From IMG/VR virus record IMGVR_UViG_3300046678_000067, positions 52,827-116,826 of that record: a DNA stretch of 64,000 nt, one strand, 5' to 3'. The DNA comes from a virus (taxonomy: Duplodnaviria > Caudoviricetes). Below the pieces are notes generated by a model. That model worked only from the letters and a program-made list of their open reading frames with translations. It ran no database searches and had not been told where the DNA came from. The position numbers and the translations under genes are program-made. Below, in pieces: positions 44,402 to 54,098 of the stretch. Every line of letters starts with the position of its first letter. Within the stretch, counting starts at the first letter, position 1.

Positions 44402-46170
44402 TTCAATACCGCCAACGGAGTAACGTTGATGTTATTAAACTTCAGAATCGAATTCTTAACACCAACCATAGATTGATCGTCTGATGGATTGCACGAGCAT
44501 GTAACAGTGATATACAAATCGGTCAGAATGTTCGGCTTAAACCCCACAATACTAATCAGACCAGAAGCATAATCAACGGTTCCGATATTAGCGTTCAGGA
44601 TTTGAGTATCTACCGCACCAACCTTCTTCAAAGCCAATACACCAAGACCATTATCATACATACTGTAGGTGTAGCCATCGCTATATGCATCAGCAACCTT
44701 AAACCCGGTGATGTTAACCGTACCAGGGCTGATAATATGCGAGAAGTCAATCGTATATGAACTATCGACGTTCAGAATCGGGTTGAATCGCTTCTCATAA
44801 GAAACTTGCGTGAAGTTACCTGTGATCGAGGCATCGACTGTATTAATGAAGTCTGACAGGTTAGACATATCCAACGAACCGCTGAACTTCTCCATCTTGT
44901 TCTTGCTATAGGTGCGGCAGTAATCGCTAACCTTGGCTCTCAAAGCATCCGTAGAAATACTCAACTGAGTGGCTTTATACTTGACCGTGGAATTAACGTT
45001 GATGTAAGTATATACTGGATCAACGATAACCGGAGTAACCGAGCCAACATTATATTGCTTGAGAATAGCAGACAACGCGGCTTTCTGATCAGACGATAGG
45101 ACATCGCTATTCTTAGGGATGATCGACAAGAAAACGTAACCATATCTAGGCGGAACATTATCTTCTCCGCCCCAGCAAATAGCATCAGCCGTCTCTGAGA
45201 ATAGCTTCTTCGATAGACCAACGTAGTCGCCAGAAGTTACGGCATTACCAGAAGCTGCGAAGGTAATAGGAGCCAATGAGCGGATAGATTCAATATCTTC
45301 GATGTCAGCGCCGCCATAGGAGCGAGTATCTACTTGTTGAATTGTGATATCATAGAAGCCGCCAATAGACGCCACAGTAGACAATCCTGAGATGTTATTG
45401 CCAGAATAGCCTTGAGTTACTAAATAGCGTGCGGTGATCACGTTTCCGTAATCTAGACGTTTAGCAAACTTATTATCTCCAAACTTAAACTCATACAAAC
45501 TATCGCGGTTTTCTCGGATGAAGTATAGTTGAGATGTAGGTCCAAGATCGTAAGCTGTCTGGAATGCTTTGTAAGTTACCTGGTCGCCAGAGGTTTCAGA
45601 AGTTCTTACCGCAATCTGTAGAGTGCTGGTGTCAATGTCGCCATTGGGTAACACATAGCTTTCAGTACCATATTGTGTTTGTACTAGATATCCGTTGATA
45701 GTCCAGATACCTTGCAATAGCTGAACTCCAGTAAACAAATATGATCCACCAGCCAATGTTGCAGAGTATGCTTGATCGGGGCTAAAGATATAAGTCTGGC
45801 CGTCTTTTGTTGAGTAGAACTGATTGCTACCATCCAACACTAATGTAGCCGGTGCGCTAGTCGGATCACTTGGAGCAACGGTAATATTTACCTTCAACTT
45901 GGCCGCAGTAGGCGATGAAGGAGTATAACCAAGACGCGAAGCAATACTAGCTACGTTCTGACGTAGCTGTGCAGAATCTAGTTGTAATTCGTTATAAACG
46001 AAGTTATTTTGGAAGGCTTGTTGTTGAGCGTTGAACGATAGAACACGCATCAACTCTTTAATAGCACTTCCGTCGAAATTCATATCCTGGAATTCTGACT
46101 GGTTTCTCATGAAGAGAACCAGAGAGTCCATGATATCATCGAAATCATTTGAAGTATAGGTCTGAGACAT
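44398..46170 (-). CDS. gp6: Baseplate wedge subunit gp6
   Basis: DFDDI, LDSAQLRQNV.S.A..LGY.P, FGD, AVT..DY, WGGED. Confidence 0.92.
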   Translation of the reverse strand: MSQTYTSNDFDDIMDSLVLFMRNQSEFQDMNFDGSAIKELMRVLSFNAQQQAFQNNFVYNELQLDSAQLRQNVASIASRLGYTPSSPTAAKLKVNITVAPSDPTSAPATLVLDGSNQFYSTKDGQTYIFSPDQAYSATLAGGSYLFTGVQLLQGIWTINGYLVQTQYGTESYVLPNGDIDTSTLQIAVRTSETSGDQVTYKAFQTAYDLGPTSQLYFIRENRDSLYEFKFGDNKFAKRLDYGNVITARYLVTQGYSGNNISGLSTVASIGGFYDITIQQVDTRSYGGADIEDIESIRSLAPITFAASGNAVTSGDYVGLSKKLFSETADAICWGGEDNVPPRYGYVFLSIIPKNSDVLSSDQKAALSAILKQYNVGSVTPVIVDPVYTYINVNSTVKYKATQLSISTDALRAKVSDYCRTYSKNKMEKFSGSLDMSNLSDFINTVDASITGNFTQVSYEKRFNPILNVDSSYTIDFSHIISPGTVNITGFKVADAYSDGYTYSMYDNGLGVLALKKVGAVDTQILNANIGTVDYASGLISIVGFKPNILTDLYITVTCSCNPSDDQSMVGVKNSILKFNNINVTPLAVLK

Positions 46171-46302
46171 TTGATTCCCTTTAATAGAGACGGTACAATA
46201 TATTTAGTATTTAAAACGCTAAATATTAAGACTCTCCATTTTTGAGTTTTCTATATGTGGAGGGCTTGGTATACACTCCTACACCTAATAAGGGAACCAT
46301 AA

Positions 46303-46602
46303 ATGAAACTTTTGAATATAATAAGTGTAGCATTTTGGTTAGTTCTAGCATTTCAAAGCATCCGGGTATTCCGATCATTGAGAGACGCAGGGCTGTCCAA
46401 GAGGGAAGTAACCGCCATTACCATTGTTCTGCTGTGCGGGCTGAACTTGTCATATGACGTGGTTTACTTTTTAACTCCGACTAGCAATATTTTATCGTCT
46501 GGTCAAAAACTGATGGATTACCTGTGGTACGGCGCTTCTATGTTTCAGCTTCTACTAGCATCTTTTGTGCTCGACCATATTGCTCATAATAAAACAAACT
46601 AA
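46303..46602 (+). CDS. Small multi-TM protein (lysis-associated?)
   Basis: Three hydrophobic segments; downstream of late promoter 46219. Confidence 0.55.
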   Translation: MKLLNIISVAFWLVLAFQSIRVFRSLRDAGLSKREVTAITIVLLCGLNLSYDVVYFLTPTSNILSSGQKLMDYLWYGASMFQLLLASFVLDHIAHNKTN

Positions 46603-46616
46603 TAGGACTGACCAAA

Positions 46617-46966
46617 TGACAGTTTCTAACCTACTTGACCGGATATCAGATTTGGCCGCAGCGGGGGTTCTAGCCTCTTTCGGTGGCGCTGCTCAAGCCT
46701 TATATCAGCTGTATAAAGGGGAGAAGCCATTCTCCATTATATCGTTCGTTGTATGCGTTCTACTTTCCTTCTTCGTGGGGCAAGTAGTCGGATCAATGAT
46801 TCCAGATAGTCTGCATCAATATCACGACGGGCTTTTGCTTATGTCCGGCTTCTGCGTATTTCCACTTTTGGATATTTTTAATGCTTATATTTCACGTCTG
46901 GTGAAGGCGATCCTTGAAAAGATCACCCCATTCGACTTGGAATCTGACGATGAAGGGAAGAAATAA
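46617..46966 (+). CDS. Putative holin
   Basis: ~116 aa, 3 TM segments, charged C-terminus, late expression. Confidence 0.55.
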
Positions 46967-49050
46967 TGATTCAACAACCCGCACTTGATCAGCAGTATTC
47001 AACTTTAGTTGATCAACTGAGTGCACAAAACACTACACTGACGGCTTTTGTGCAGGGAGCGGCAACAGATACCGTTGCCCTAAACAACAACCGAACAATT
47101 AAAACTCTGTCTGGAATTGTAGCGGACTTGACACAATTCCACTACGTTCAGAAAGTAGTGGATCATAAACTGTACAGCGATGTTATTGCTGCTGACGCTA
47201 CTCTAGAGAATGGGCTATTGGTTCGTGTCTGGGGAGACACTACTCAAGTTAATGGATTGTATCTAAAGGCTTCTGCTGGTGTATACAATAAGGTTTCTTA
47301 CAGCGACCTTTACGACTTGAATAGTAGCATCAACGGCCTAAGCGCTTATCAATTAGCAGTAAACTCAGGATTCGTAGGAACAGAAGCTGCTTGGTTGGCT
47401 TCTTTGGTGGGACCTGCTGGCACTAATGGAACCAATGGTATTAATGGAACCAATGGTATTAATGGAACCAATGGGGTAGACGGTGTTAACGGCACGAACG
47501 GTAATACCATCATCACCACGGCAGGAGCACCGGCATCAGGAACCGGCAATAACGGAGACTATGCCATTGATCCTACTGCCCAGATCATTTATGGACCAAA
47601 GGCAGCTGGTGTATGGTCAGCTGGAGTTTCATACAAGGGTATTCAGGGACTTGCCGGAACTAATGGCAACACAATTCTGACGACAAGCGGCGCTCCGGCA
47701 TCAGGAACAGGAAACAATGGCGATTATGCTATTGACCCTACAGCTCAAATAATCTATGGACCTAAAGCAGCCGGAGTTTGGCCTGCCGGAGTTTCATATA
47801 AGGGCACAGGCACTTCTGGTGCCGTTGGAACTATGCGTAATATTGCTATTCGTTGCCGCCATAACTATCAGACTTGGGCAACTCTAGCATACGCATTCAA
47901 GAGCGTGACTGAGCATATTAACCAAGGAAGTTCGGTTCCAGGAATCTCAGTGAAGTATGGTAATTGGTACGCCAATAACCTGAACGAATTCTCAACTTGG
48001 ACTAATGCCGGCACGATCAACTATTACGCAACGCTAGAATATCCGATTGGAACTTTCACTCCATTCGAATGGGCAACAGCGCAGGGTTCGATTCACGCTA
48101 GATTTGGTTCTGCCGCTCCTGGAACAAACGTTGAATCTGACGTGCTGCCAGTTTCACTACCTCGCGGAGCTAAGTTCAAGATTCACGTAATTGCGGTATC
48201 TGCTTCTGGAAGTCCAATTATTATGCCTTGTGCTGCTAGCTCTGTAAACGGCGGCGCAGATAACACAGCATATTGGGCAACATCTGCAACGTTCACTTCT
48301 GATCCAACAGTATTGAACTTGACAGGAGCAACTACAGGTTCTGCCGGTACTGGCGGAGCGCCTTGTATGTACCCTCTAGCAATTAAGGGTGTGGCTACAT
48401 CGCCAAGCGTTTTGCTGATAGGAGATAGTCGTCTGTCTGGTCGTTCTGACTCAACTTCTATCTCATCATCCACCTATTGGGGATATACAAATATCGGATA
48501 TTGGGGAGTTGGTGAGGTAGCACGTTCGTTGGACTATTCAGTTCCATATACAAACGCAGGGTGTGAATCTGATACTGCACTACAGTTCGTAGCCAACCAC
48601 ACGTTGCGTGCGGCTCTTGCAAGTGATCACACTTATGTTCACGTTGAATATGGCATCAATGACTTGACGGCAGGTAGAAACCTAGCAACAATTCAGGGCA
48701 ACTTGAATTCCATCTACGGTTACTTCCCAACGTTGAAGGTCTCTCAGTCAACTATCTCTCCTGTCACAACGTCAACAGACTCTTGGGCAACAGCAACTAA
48801 TCAAACTGCTGTAGTTAGCAATTCGGTTCGTACTGCGTTGAATGACTGGATTAGAACAACTCCTAGTCCACTTTGGAAGTATTTTGAAGTTGCTGACGTT
48901 GTAGAGACTGCTCGTAACTCAGGCATCTGGAAAAACGTTGGTGATGGATCTGCTACATCTGCTGTAACCGGCGATGGTACTCACGAAACGCCGTATGGTT
49001 ATAATCAGATTAAGCTATCTGGTGCTATCAACCCAGCGCTCTTTACCTAA
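46966..49050 (+). CDS. Tailspike-like protein with collagen-like repeats and C-terminal SGNH/GDSL esterase
   Basis: SAYQLAV..GF.GTEAAWLASL, (GxN)n, duplicated ~55-aa unit; IGDS, YGIND, DGTH catalytic blocks. Confidence 0.8.
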   Translation: MIQQPALDQQYSTLVDQLSAQNTTLTAFVQGAATDTVALNNNRTIKTLSGIVADLTQFHYVQKVVDHKLYSDVIAADATLENGLLVRVWGDTTQVNGLYLKASAGVYNKVSYSDLYDLNSSINGLSAYQLAVNSGFVGTEAAWLASLVGPAGTNGTNGINGTNGINGTNGVDGVNGTNGNTIITTAGAPASGTGNNGDYAIDPTAQIIYGPKAAGVWSAGVSYKGIQGLAGTNGNTILTTSGAPASGTGNNGDYAIDPTAQIIYGPKAAGVWPAGVSYKGTGTSGAVGTMRNIAIRCRHNYQTWATLAYAFKSVTEHINQGSSVPGISVKYGNWYANNLNEFSTWTNAGTINYYATLEYPIGTFTPFEWATAQGSIHARFGSAAPGTNVESDVLPVSLPRGAKFKIHVIAVSASGSPIIMPCAASSVNGGADNTAYWATSATFTSDPTVLNLTGATTGSAGTGGAPCMYPLAIKGVATSPSVLLIGDSRLSGRSDSTSISSSTYWGYTNIGYWGVGEVARSLDYSVPYTNAGCESDTALQFVANHTLRAALASDHTYVHVEYGINDLTAGRNLATIQGNLNSIYGYFPTLKVSQSTISPVTTSTDSWATATNQTAVVSNSVRTALNDWIRTTPSPLWKYFEVADVVETARNSGIWKNVGDGSATSAVTGDGTHETPYGYNQIKLSGAINPALFT
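47425..47805 (+). repeat. Intragenic repeats: 18-nt AATGGAACCAATGGTATT tandem units and a ~165-nt diverged duplication
   Basis: GTNGIN repeats; GAPASGTGNNGDYAIDPTAQIIYGPKAAGVW occurs twice. Confidence 0.8.
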
Positions 49051-49062
49051 GCTGTATAACAG

Positions 49063-49096
49063 AAACCCTCTAGAGAAATCTAGAGGGTTTTATTTT
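49063..49096. terminator. Bidirectional terminator
   Basis: AAACCCTCTAGA-GAAA-TCTAGAGGGTTT. Confidence 0.85.
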
Positions 49097-49388
49097 ATCT
49101 GAATTCCCCAGCACGGTGATTAGGCGAAAGATAGCCCGGACAATTAAGTCCGTAGCTCATCTTCCAATGCCTCCCATATACGGAGCCATAGGCCCATCGG
49201 TTACATAATCGTCCGACGAAAGCTACACCCTCTTGCGCTGTTCTGATTATCGAACAGTCGAAGCCCTAGGGTCATGCAAGCCTTTCGGCTTAGATTGCAG
49301 GGTTTGAGGTTTCTTCGATGCGTGGTTCCTCAACTACAAGTCTACGCGCCACCGTCTTACCTTACCGTCCACGTAAACTTTACTACAG
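49097..49388 (-). ncRNA. Putative ~290-nt structured non-coding transcript
   Basis: Own TTTACT-N17-TATAAT promoter (49423-49395, minus strand); many hairpins including AAGCC-GAAA-GGCTT; ends at terminator; no ORF in track. Confidence 0.55.
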
Positions 49389-49394
49389 GCGCGT

Positions 49395-49423
49395 ATTATA
49401 CCCGGTAGATGTAAAAAAGTAAA
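49395..49423 (-). promoter_or_regulatory. Early promoter TTTACT-N17-TATAAT (minus strand)
   Basis: Reverse complement reads TTTACTTTTTTACATCTACCGGGTATAAT. Confidence 0.75.
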
Positions 49424-49609
49424 GCACTATTTTCTATATTTTTATGAAATATTTTCCGTCCGAAAAACGTAGCTATTCTGCGGACGTAATAAGTGTGCCT
49501 ACGCAGCGCATAGCAGCTCACCGTAGGCTTTCCGTCTATAAGGATAGGAAAGGATAAGGAGATTAATCGCAGACGCTTATATCACTGCTAAAGAGGTCAT
49601 ATAAAGTTC

Positions 49610-49638
49610 TTTACTTTTTACATATTCCATAGTATAAT
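49610..49638 (+). promoter_or_regulatory. Early promoter TTTACT-N17-TATAAT
   Basis: Upstream of RNase H. Confidence 0.75.
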
Positions 49639-49657
49639 TCTCTTAATGTAAAATTAA

Positions 49658-50170
49658 GTGGATATTATGAAACTGGAAGTATGGACTGACGGTTCTTCGA
49701 TCGCAAATGGTAAGCCAAATTGCGTAGGTGGTTGGAGCGCCGCGTTTATGATGGGCAATAAGAAGTTTGTTCGATACGGACACCTCCCTGCTCCCTCCTC
49801 AAATAACCGAGGGGAAATTGGAGGTGTTTTGTTTACTATGTTGACTTTCGGCGCGAAGAAGGATTGGGAGATTCAAATCTACTCTGATTCGCAATATGTG
49901 GTGAAGTCGATTAACGAATGGCGATTCGGTTGGAAGCGTAACAAGTACGAAGGGATCAAGAATCCTGATATGTTCATCCCTCTGTTTGATGCCTGGGATA
50001 AACATGGCAACGCAAAGATTAGTTGGGTCAAGGGACACGCCGGGACTTATGGTAACGAGTTGGCTGATGAATATGCTGGCTACGGAAGCAAAAATCTCGA
50101 TATGTCAATTTCGAATGATGTTTATGATGTAAAAATGATTTTACCTGAAAGGTTGTTGAGTAATGCCTGA
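49658..50170 (+). CDS. rnhA: Ribonuclease HI
   Basis: WTDGS, SNNRGE, YSDSQYV, WVKGHAG..GNELAD. Confidence 0.92.
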   Translation: MDIMKLEVWTDGSSIANGKPNCVGGWSAAFMMGNKKFVRYGHLPAPSSNNRGEIGGVLFTMLTFGAKKDWEIQIYSDSQYVVKSINEWRFGWKRNKYEGIKNPDMFIPLFDAWDKHGNAKISWVKGHAGTYGNELADEYAGYGSKNLDMSISNDVYDVKMILPERLLSNA

Positions 50171-50876
50171 AATTATTGAAGATAACGAACTAGAGTCAAT
50201 CTCTTTCTCCAAAGATGCTCCGGCAGCTCCAAAGCCTAGCCGACATTATATTGATGACGATCACCTAACAAAGATTCTTTCTGAGTGGAAAGAAGTATTT
50301 GATAGATTGGTTGCTGAAGGTCAAGAACGTCCCAAGTTGCCTGAGTCGGTTGGCGAAGCTATCTGCGACATGGCCGAAGCGATGGGTAAGCGTCATAACT
50401 TCCACGGTTATTCGTATCTGGATGAAATGAAGTCCGATGCGATTCTGCACTGCGTCAAATACATCCACAACTTCAACCCGAAGAAACTTTCGCAAAAGAA
50501 AGGCAAGGTCAGCGCGTTCGGCTACATCAATATGATTATCTGGCGCAGCTTTACTCACCGAATTGATGAAGAGAAGCGAGAGCAATATCTGAAGTACAAG
50601 TCGTTCCAGTTGATGGGCGGTATGGATGCCTTCCAAGACGAAGATATGGCTGACGTTATGGGTGACGGCGAAACTGCTGATATTGGCGCTCTCGGTCAAG
50701 ACTTCATGAGCAAGGCTGCTGAGTATGAAGAAAAGTATGGCCTGGATAAGCAAAACAAGCGTGAGAAGAAAGTCGAGTTTGACGGCTTCATGTTTGAGCT
50801 AACGGCCCCTACTGACGAAACGCCGGAAGATGTTGATTTACAACTGGGTGAGGAACTGAATATTGACTTCGAGTAA
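50163..50876 (+). CDS. gp55: Late sigma factor gp55
   Basis: HYID, NFHGYSY.DEM..DA, FNP, AFGY..MI.WRSF..RI..EK. Confidence 0.92.
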   Translation: MPEIIEDNELESISFSKDAPAAPKPSRHYIDDDHLTKILSEWKEVFDRLVAEGQERPKLPESVGEAICDMAEAMGKRHNFHGYSYLDEMKSDAILHCVKYIHNFNPKKLSQKKGKVSAFGYINMIIWRSFTHRIDEEKREQYLKYKSFQLMGGMDAFQDEDMADVMGDGETADIGALGQDFMSKAAEYEEKYGLDKQNKREKKVEFDGFMFELTAPTDETPEDVDLQLGEELNIDFE

Positions 50877-51951
50877 AGTTGCTATCATTGGAGATATGCA
50901 CTTTGGAGTAAAGGCCGGGAACAACGACTTTCTGGCCTTCCAGATTTACTGGCTTGAAGAAGCTCTGAAGAAGATGCAAGCTATGGGTATTACGACTATC
51001 ATCCAAACCGGTGATATGTTCGATACCCGCCAGCATATCAAGTTGAACGTGCTCAGCTTTTTCCTGTGGGATTTTGTGCCTCTGCTTGACAAGTATGGAA
51101 TCGTTGAGTGGATCACATATGCGGGTAATCACGATTTGTTCTATCGTGATAGTAATGAGATCACTTCAATCGAATTGCTCAAGAAGTTGAACGGCAAGGG
51201 TGAAGTGATGTTTGATGTATTTACCGACAATGTTGGTTACATCAAGTATAACGATTCTCACCTAGCCTTCATGCCGTGGATTAACAAAAACAATAAGGAA
51301 CGGTTGTTTAAGGAGCTAGCAGACGTCAGGGCAGATTATGTGTTCGGTCACTTTGAAATGGCCGGGATGCCGATGATTCCCGGAGTTCTATGCGAACACG
51401 GCATTGATCCGAAGATGTTCAAGAGCTACAAGAAAGTCATCAGCGGACACTTCCATACCGTATCTCAACATACCAACGTCACTATGGTCGGCACGCCGTA
51501 TCATATTACTTGGGGTGATGTACAGGACGGCAATAACCGAGGCTTCTGGACTCTTGATCTAAAGACCGACGAACTTGAACTTCACAAGAACGAAGATCAT
51601 ATGACTCTGTTCTCGGTGCTTACCTATGACCCGGCTGAGAAATATACAGACAAGTCACTGGAGGCATATAAGGGAACGATTGCTAAGATTCTGGTGAAGG
51701 AAAAGCCTGAAGCAAAGCATTACAAGAAGTTCGTTGACCTGCTAGCTAAAGCTGAGATGATTGACTACAAGATTATCGACACCACGATGGTTGAAATTGA
51801 GAAGGTCGAGATTAGTGAGGAAGTACTTGCACTTGATACATTATCAGCCATGAACGCTTATATTGATAAGCAGAGTGTTCTTAATAACAAGGATAAATTA
51901 AAGTCTCTGGCGAAGAGCATTTATATGGAGGTTCTCACTAATGGCGGATAA
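50863..51951 (+). CDS. gp47: Recombination endonuclease gp47 (Mre11/SbcD-like)
   Basis: GDMHFG, GDMFD, GNHD, GHFE, SGHFH. Confidence 0.95.
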   Translation: MTSSKVAIIGDMHFGVKAGNNDFLAFQIYWLEEALKKMQAMGITTIIQTGDMFDTRQHIKLNVLSFFLWDFVPLLDKYGIVEWITYAGNHDLFYRDSNEITSIELLKKLNGKGEVMFDVFTDNVGYIKYNDSHLAFMPWINKNNKERLFKELADVRADYVFGHFEMAGMPMIPGVLCEHGIDPKMFKSYKKVISGHFHTVSQHTNVTMVGTPYHITWGDVQDGNNRGFWTLDLKTDELELHKNEDHMTLFSVLTYDPAEKYTDKSLEAYKGTIAKILVKEKPEAKHYKKFVDLLAKAEMIDYKIIDTTMVEIEKVEISEEVLALDTLSAMNAYIDKQSVLNNKDKLKSLAKSIYMEVLTNGG

Positions 51952-53659
51952 TAAGATTGTATTTGGTAAACTGACGGCAAAGAATTTCCGCAGTATTGGC
52001 AACATGCCGTTGGAAATCAACTATCTTGAATCGCCGTCAACCCTGATCGCTTCGGTAGACAACGGTAGCGGAAAGTCTACCCTTGCAATCTGGGCTTTGT
52101 ATTTCGCGTTGTTCGGTGAGCCGTATGGTAAGGATTGTAAGATTGGTGGTCTAGTCAACTCCAAGTCGAATAAGGACTTGATCGTGACTCTAGACTTCGA
52201 AGCTCATGGCGTCAAGTGGCATCTGAAGCGCGGTTACAAGCCTGCTGTCTTTGAGCTGTATCGTGAAGGCAAGCTGATTGAGAACGAAGCTGCGGGCGGA
52301 GATATGCAAGCGTATCTGCAATCCATCATCGGTATGGACAAGCGATCATTCTGTAATATCGTAGCGCTTGGGGTTGATCGCTTCGTGCCGTTTGTTCAGA
52401 TGAAGACTCAGGAACGTCGAGACTTTGTTGAGCAGATGTTGGATATGGTCGTTATCTCGCATATGAATACACTGACCAAAGATAAGGTCAAAGCGATTCG
52501 TAAGCAGATCGAGCAGCTCAATTATGATATCGGCATTCTGGAATCCAAGGTATCGGGTCGTCAGCGTACTATAGCCATTCTGGAAGACAAGAAGCAACAA
52601 CGTCTTGCTGAAACCGGCTCTGAACTGGATAATCTGAAGGCTGAGGCTTTCAAGACGGTATCGTTGATCAATATCGCTACGGATAAGATGGCTACACTCC
52701 AGAGCCAGATTGACGAGACTGCTTTGCCGAGTTTGAGTAAAGTCAGGACGATGCTCCAGCGATTCCAGTATAAGATGGATGAGATAGACAAGGCCGTTCA
52801 GAATATTACGGCTCTGCATGATTGTCCGACTTGTAAGCAAGGCGTTACTGAAGAACACAAGAAAAGTATTCGAGTTGAGTCGGATATTCGTCGGGATGAG
52901 CTAGTCCCTTCAATGAAGAAGCTTGAGGCTGAGATTGAGAAGTATCAAGCGATTATCGAAAGCAACAATAAGATTGAAGCCGAATATCAGAATCTGAGTA
53001 AAGTCAAATTCCAGCTTGATACTCGATTGTCTGCGACTCGCAATTCTATCCGTGGGATTGAAGCAAAGATGGTCGATTCGAATGAGGATGCTCTCATTCA
53101 AACGGAGAAGGATGAAGCGGGTAAGCTGAATACCGAGATTGAAGATAAGTCGGCTGAGTTGAATGAACTGACCGACACTGAAGAAGAACACCTTCAGCTG
53201 CTACAGATTCTGAAAGACGACGGCATCAAGGCCAATATCGTTGCTCAGTATGTGCCCTATCTTAACCAGTCCATTAACGCTATACTAGACCAGTTAAATC
53301 TATATGTGCAGATCAACATCGACTCTGAGTTTAATGTCTCGATGTTCGCTCCTGATCGTAAGGGACAAACTATCGGAAATCTTTCAACCGGTCAGTTGCG
53401 TCGTATCGACCTAGCAGTTTTGCTAGCTTGGCGAGAGATTGCAAAGAGCAAGGCGTCTGTAGATTGTAACGTTCTGATTCTGGATGAGATTCTAGAGAAT
53501 CTGTCTGCGTCTGGAGTTGAAGAGTTTATGGATATGTGGGGAACAATTGGCGCGGATACCAACCTTCTGGTTATTAGTCAACGCGCTGCTGAGTTCGATG
53601 AATATTTTGATCGTAAGATTACATATCGTCTCAAGGACGATATGACTGTGGAGGCTTAA
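51941..53659 (+). CDS. gp46: Recombination endonuclease gp46 (Rad50/SbcC-like)
   Basis: NGSGKST, CPTC hook, LSTGQ signature, LILDE. Confidence 0.95.
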   Translation: MADNKIVFGKLTAKNFRSIGNMPLEINYLESPSTLIASVDNGSGKSTLAIWALYFALFGEPYGKDCKIGGLVNSKSNKDLIVTLDFEAHGVKWHLKRGYKPAVFELYREGKLIENEAAGGDMQAYLQSIIGMDKRSFCNIVALGVDRFVPFVQMKTQERRDFVEQMLDMVVISHMNTLTKDKVKAIRKQIEQLNYDIGILESKVSGRQRTIAILEDKKQQRLAETGSELDNLKAEAFKTVSLINIATDKMATLQSQIDETALPSLSKVRTMLQRFQYKMDEIDKAVQNITALHDCPTCKQGVTEEHKKSIRVESDIRRDELVPSMKKLEAEIEKYQAIIESNNKIEAEYQNLSKVKFQLDTRLSATRNSIRGIEAKMVDSNEDALIQTEKDEAGKLNTEIEDKSAELNELTDTEEEHLQLLQILKDDGIKANIVAQYVPYLNQSINAILDQLNLYVQINIDSEFNVSMFAPDRKGQTIGNLSTGQLRRIDLAVLLAWREIAKSKASVDCNVLILDEILENLSASGVEEFMDMWGTIGADTNLLVISQRAAEFDEYFDRKITYRLKDDMTVEA

Positions 53660-53826
53660 TGAGTAATCCATATGTGAAGGTAGTCACTTGCCCGGAGCAA
53701 GGATGGGATTGTGTAGTGCGAGTATTTACAGATCACGTATCTGATGCGGATATTCGAAAAGAGTGGCCGGCAGATCAGTATGTGATTCACAGAGAGCAAC
53801 TGAGAAACATCGTGGAGCCACATTGA
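53659..53826 (+). CDS. Small hypothetical protein (MSNPYVKVV..., 55 aa)
   Basis: Own reading; GGAGG SD, TAATG coupling. Confidence 0.6.
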   Translation: MSNPYVKVVTCPEQGWDCVVRVFTDHVSDADIRKEWPADQYVIHREQLRNIVEPH

Positions 53827-54095
53827 TGAAGAAAGACCAGGACGGCGTTCTGGTTATCACCTACATACGGGCGGATGGAAGTCGCGGATTCCGGTGTAGG
53901 TGCCAAACCGGCAAAACATATCTACTGTTATATGAGAAGTTGAGGAAGTCCTCATATAAATGTGTTCATGAGGACTTCCCGTGGGATTATTGGATCTTCA
54001 CGGATAAGAGGGATGAAGACTCATTCCTTGAAGCGTTTAAGTGGTTTATTGTGTATGAGGATCAGGAAGGAAACCTGACTGAATTGGAGAAGTAA
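53826..54095 (+). CDS. Hypothetical protein (start MKKDQ)
   Basis: TGATG coupling. Confidence 0.55.
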   Translation: MKKDQDGVLVITYIRADGSRGFRCRCQTGKTYLLLYEKLRKSSYKCVHEDFPWDYWIFTDKRDEDSFLEAFKWFIVYEDQEGNLTELEK

Positions 54096-54098
54096 GTA

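Noticed and set aside
49097-50170. Retron/DGR interpretation of ncRNA + RNase H
   Set aside because: No reverse transcriptase in the window and no template/variable repeat pair seen.
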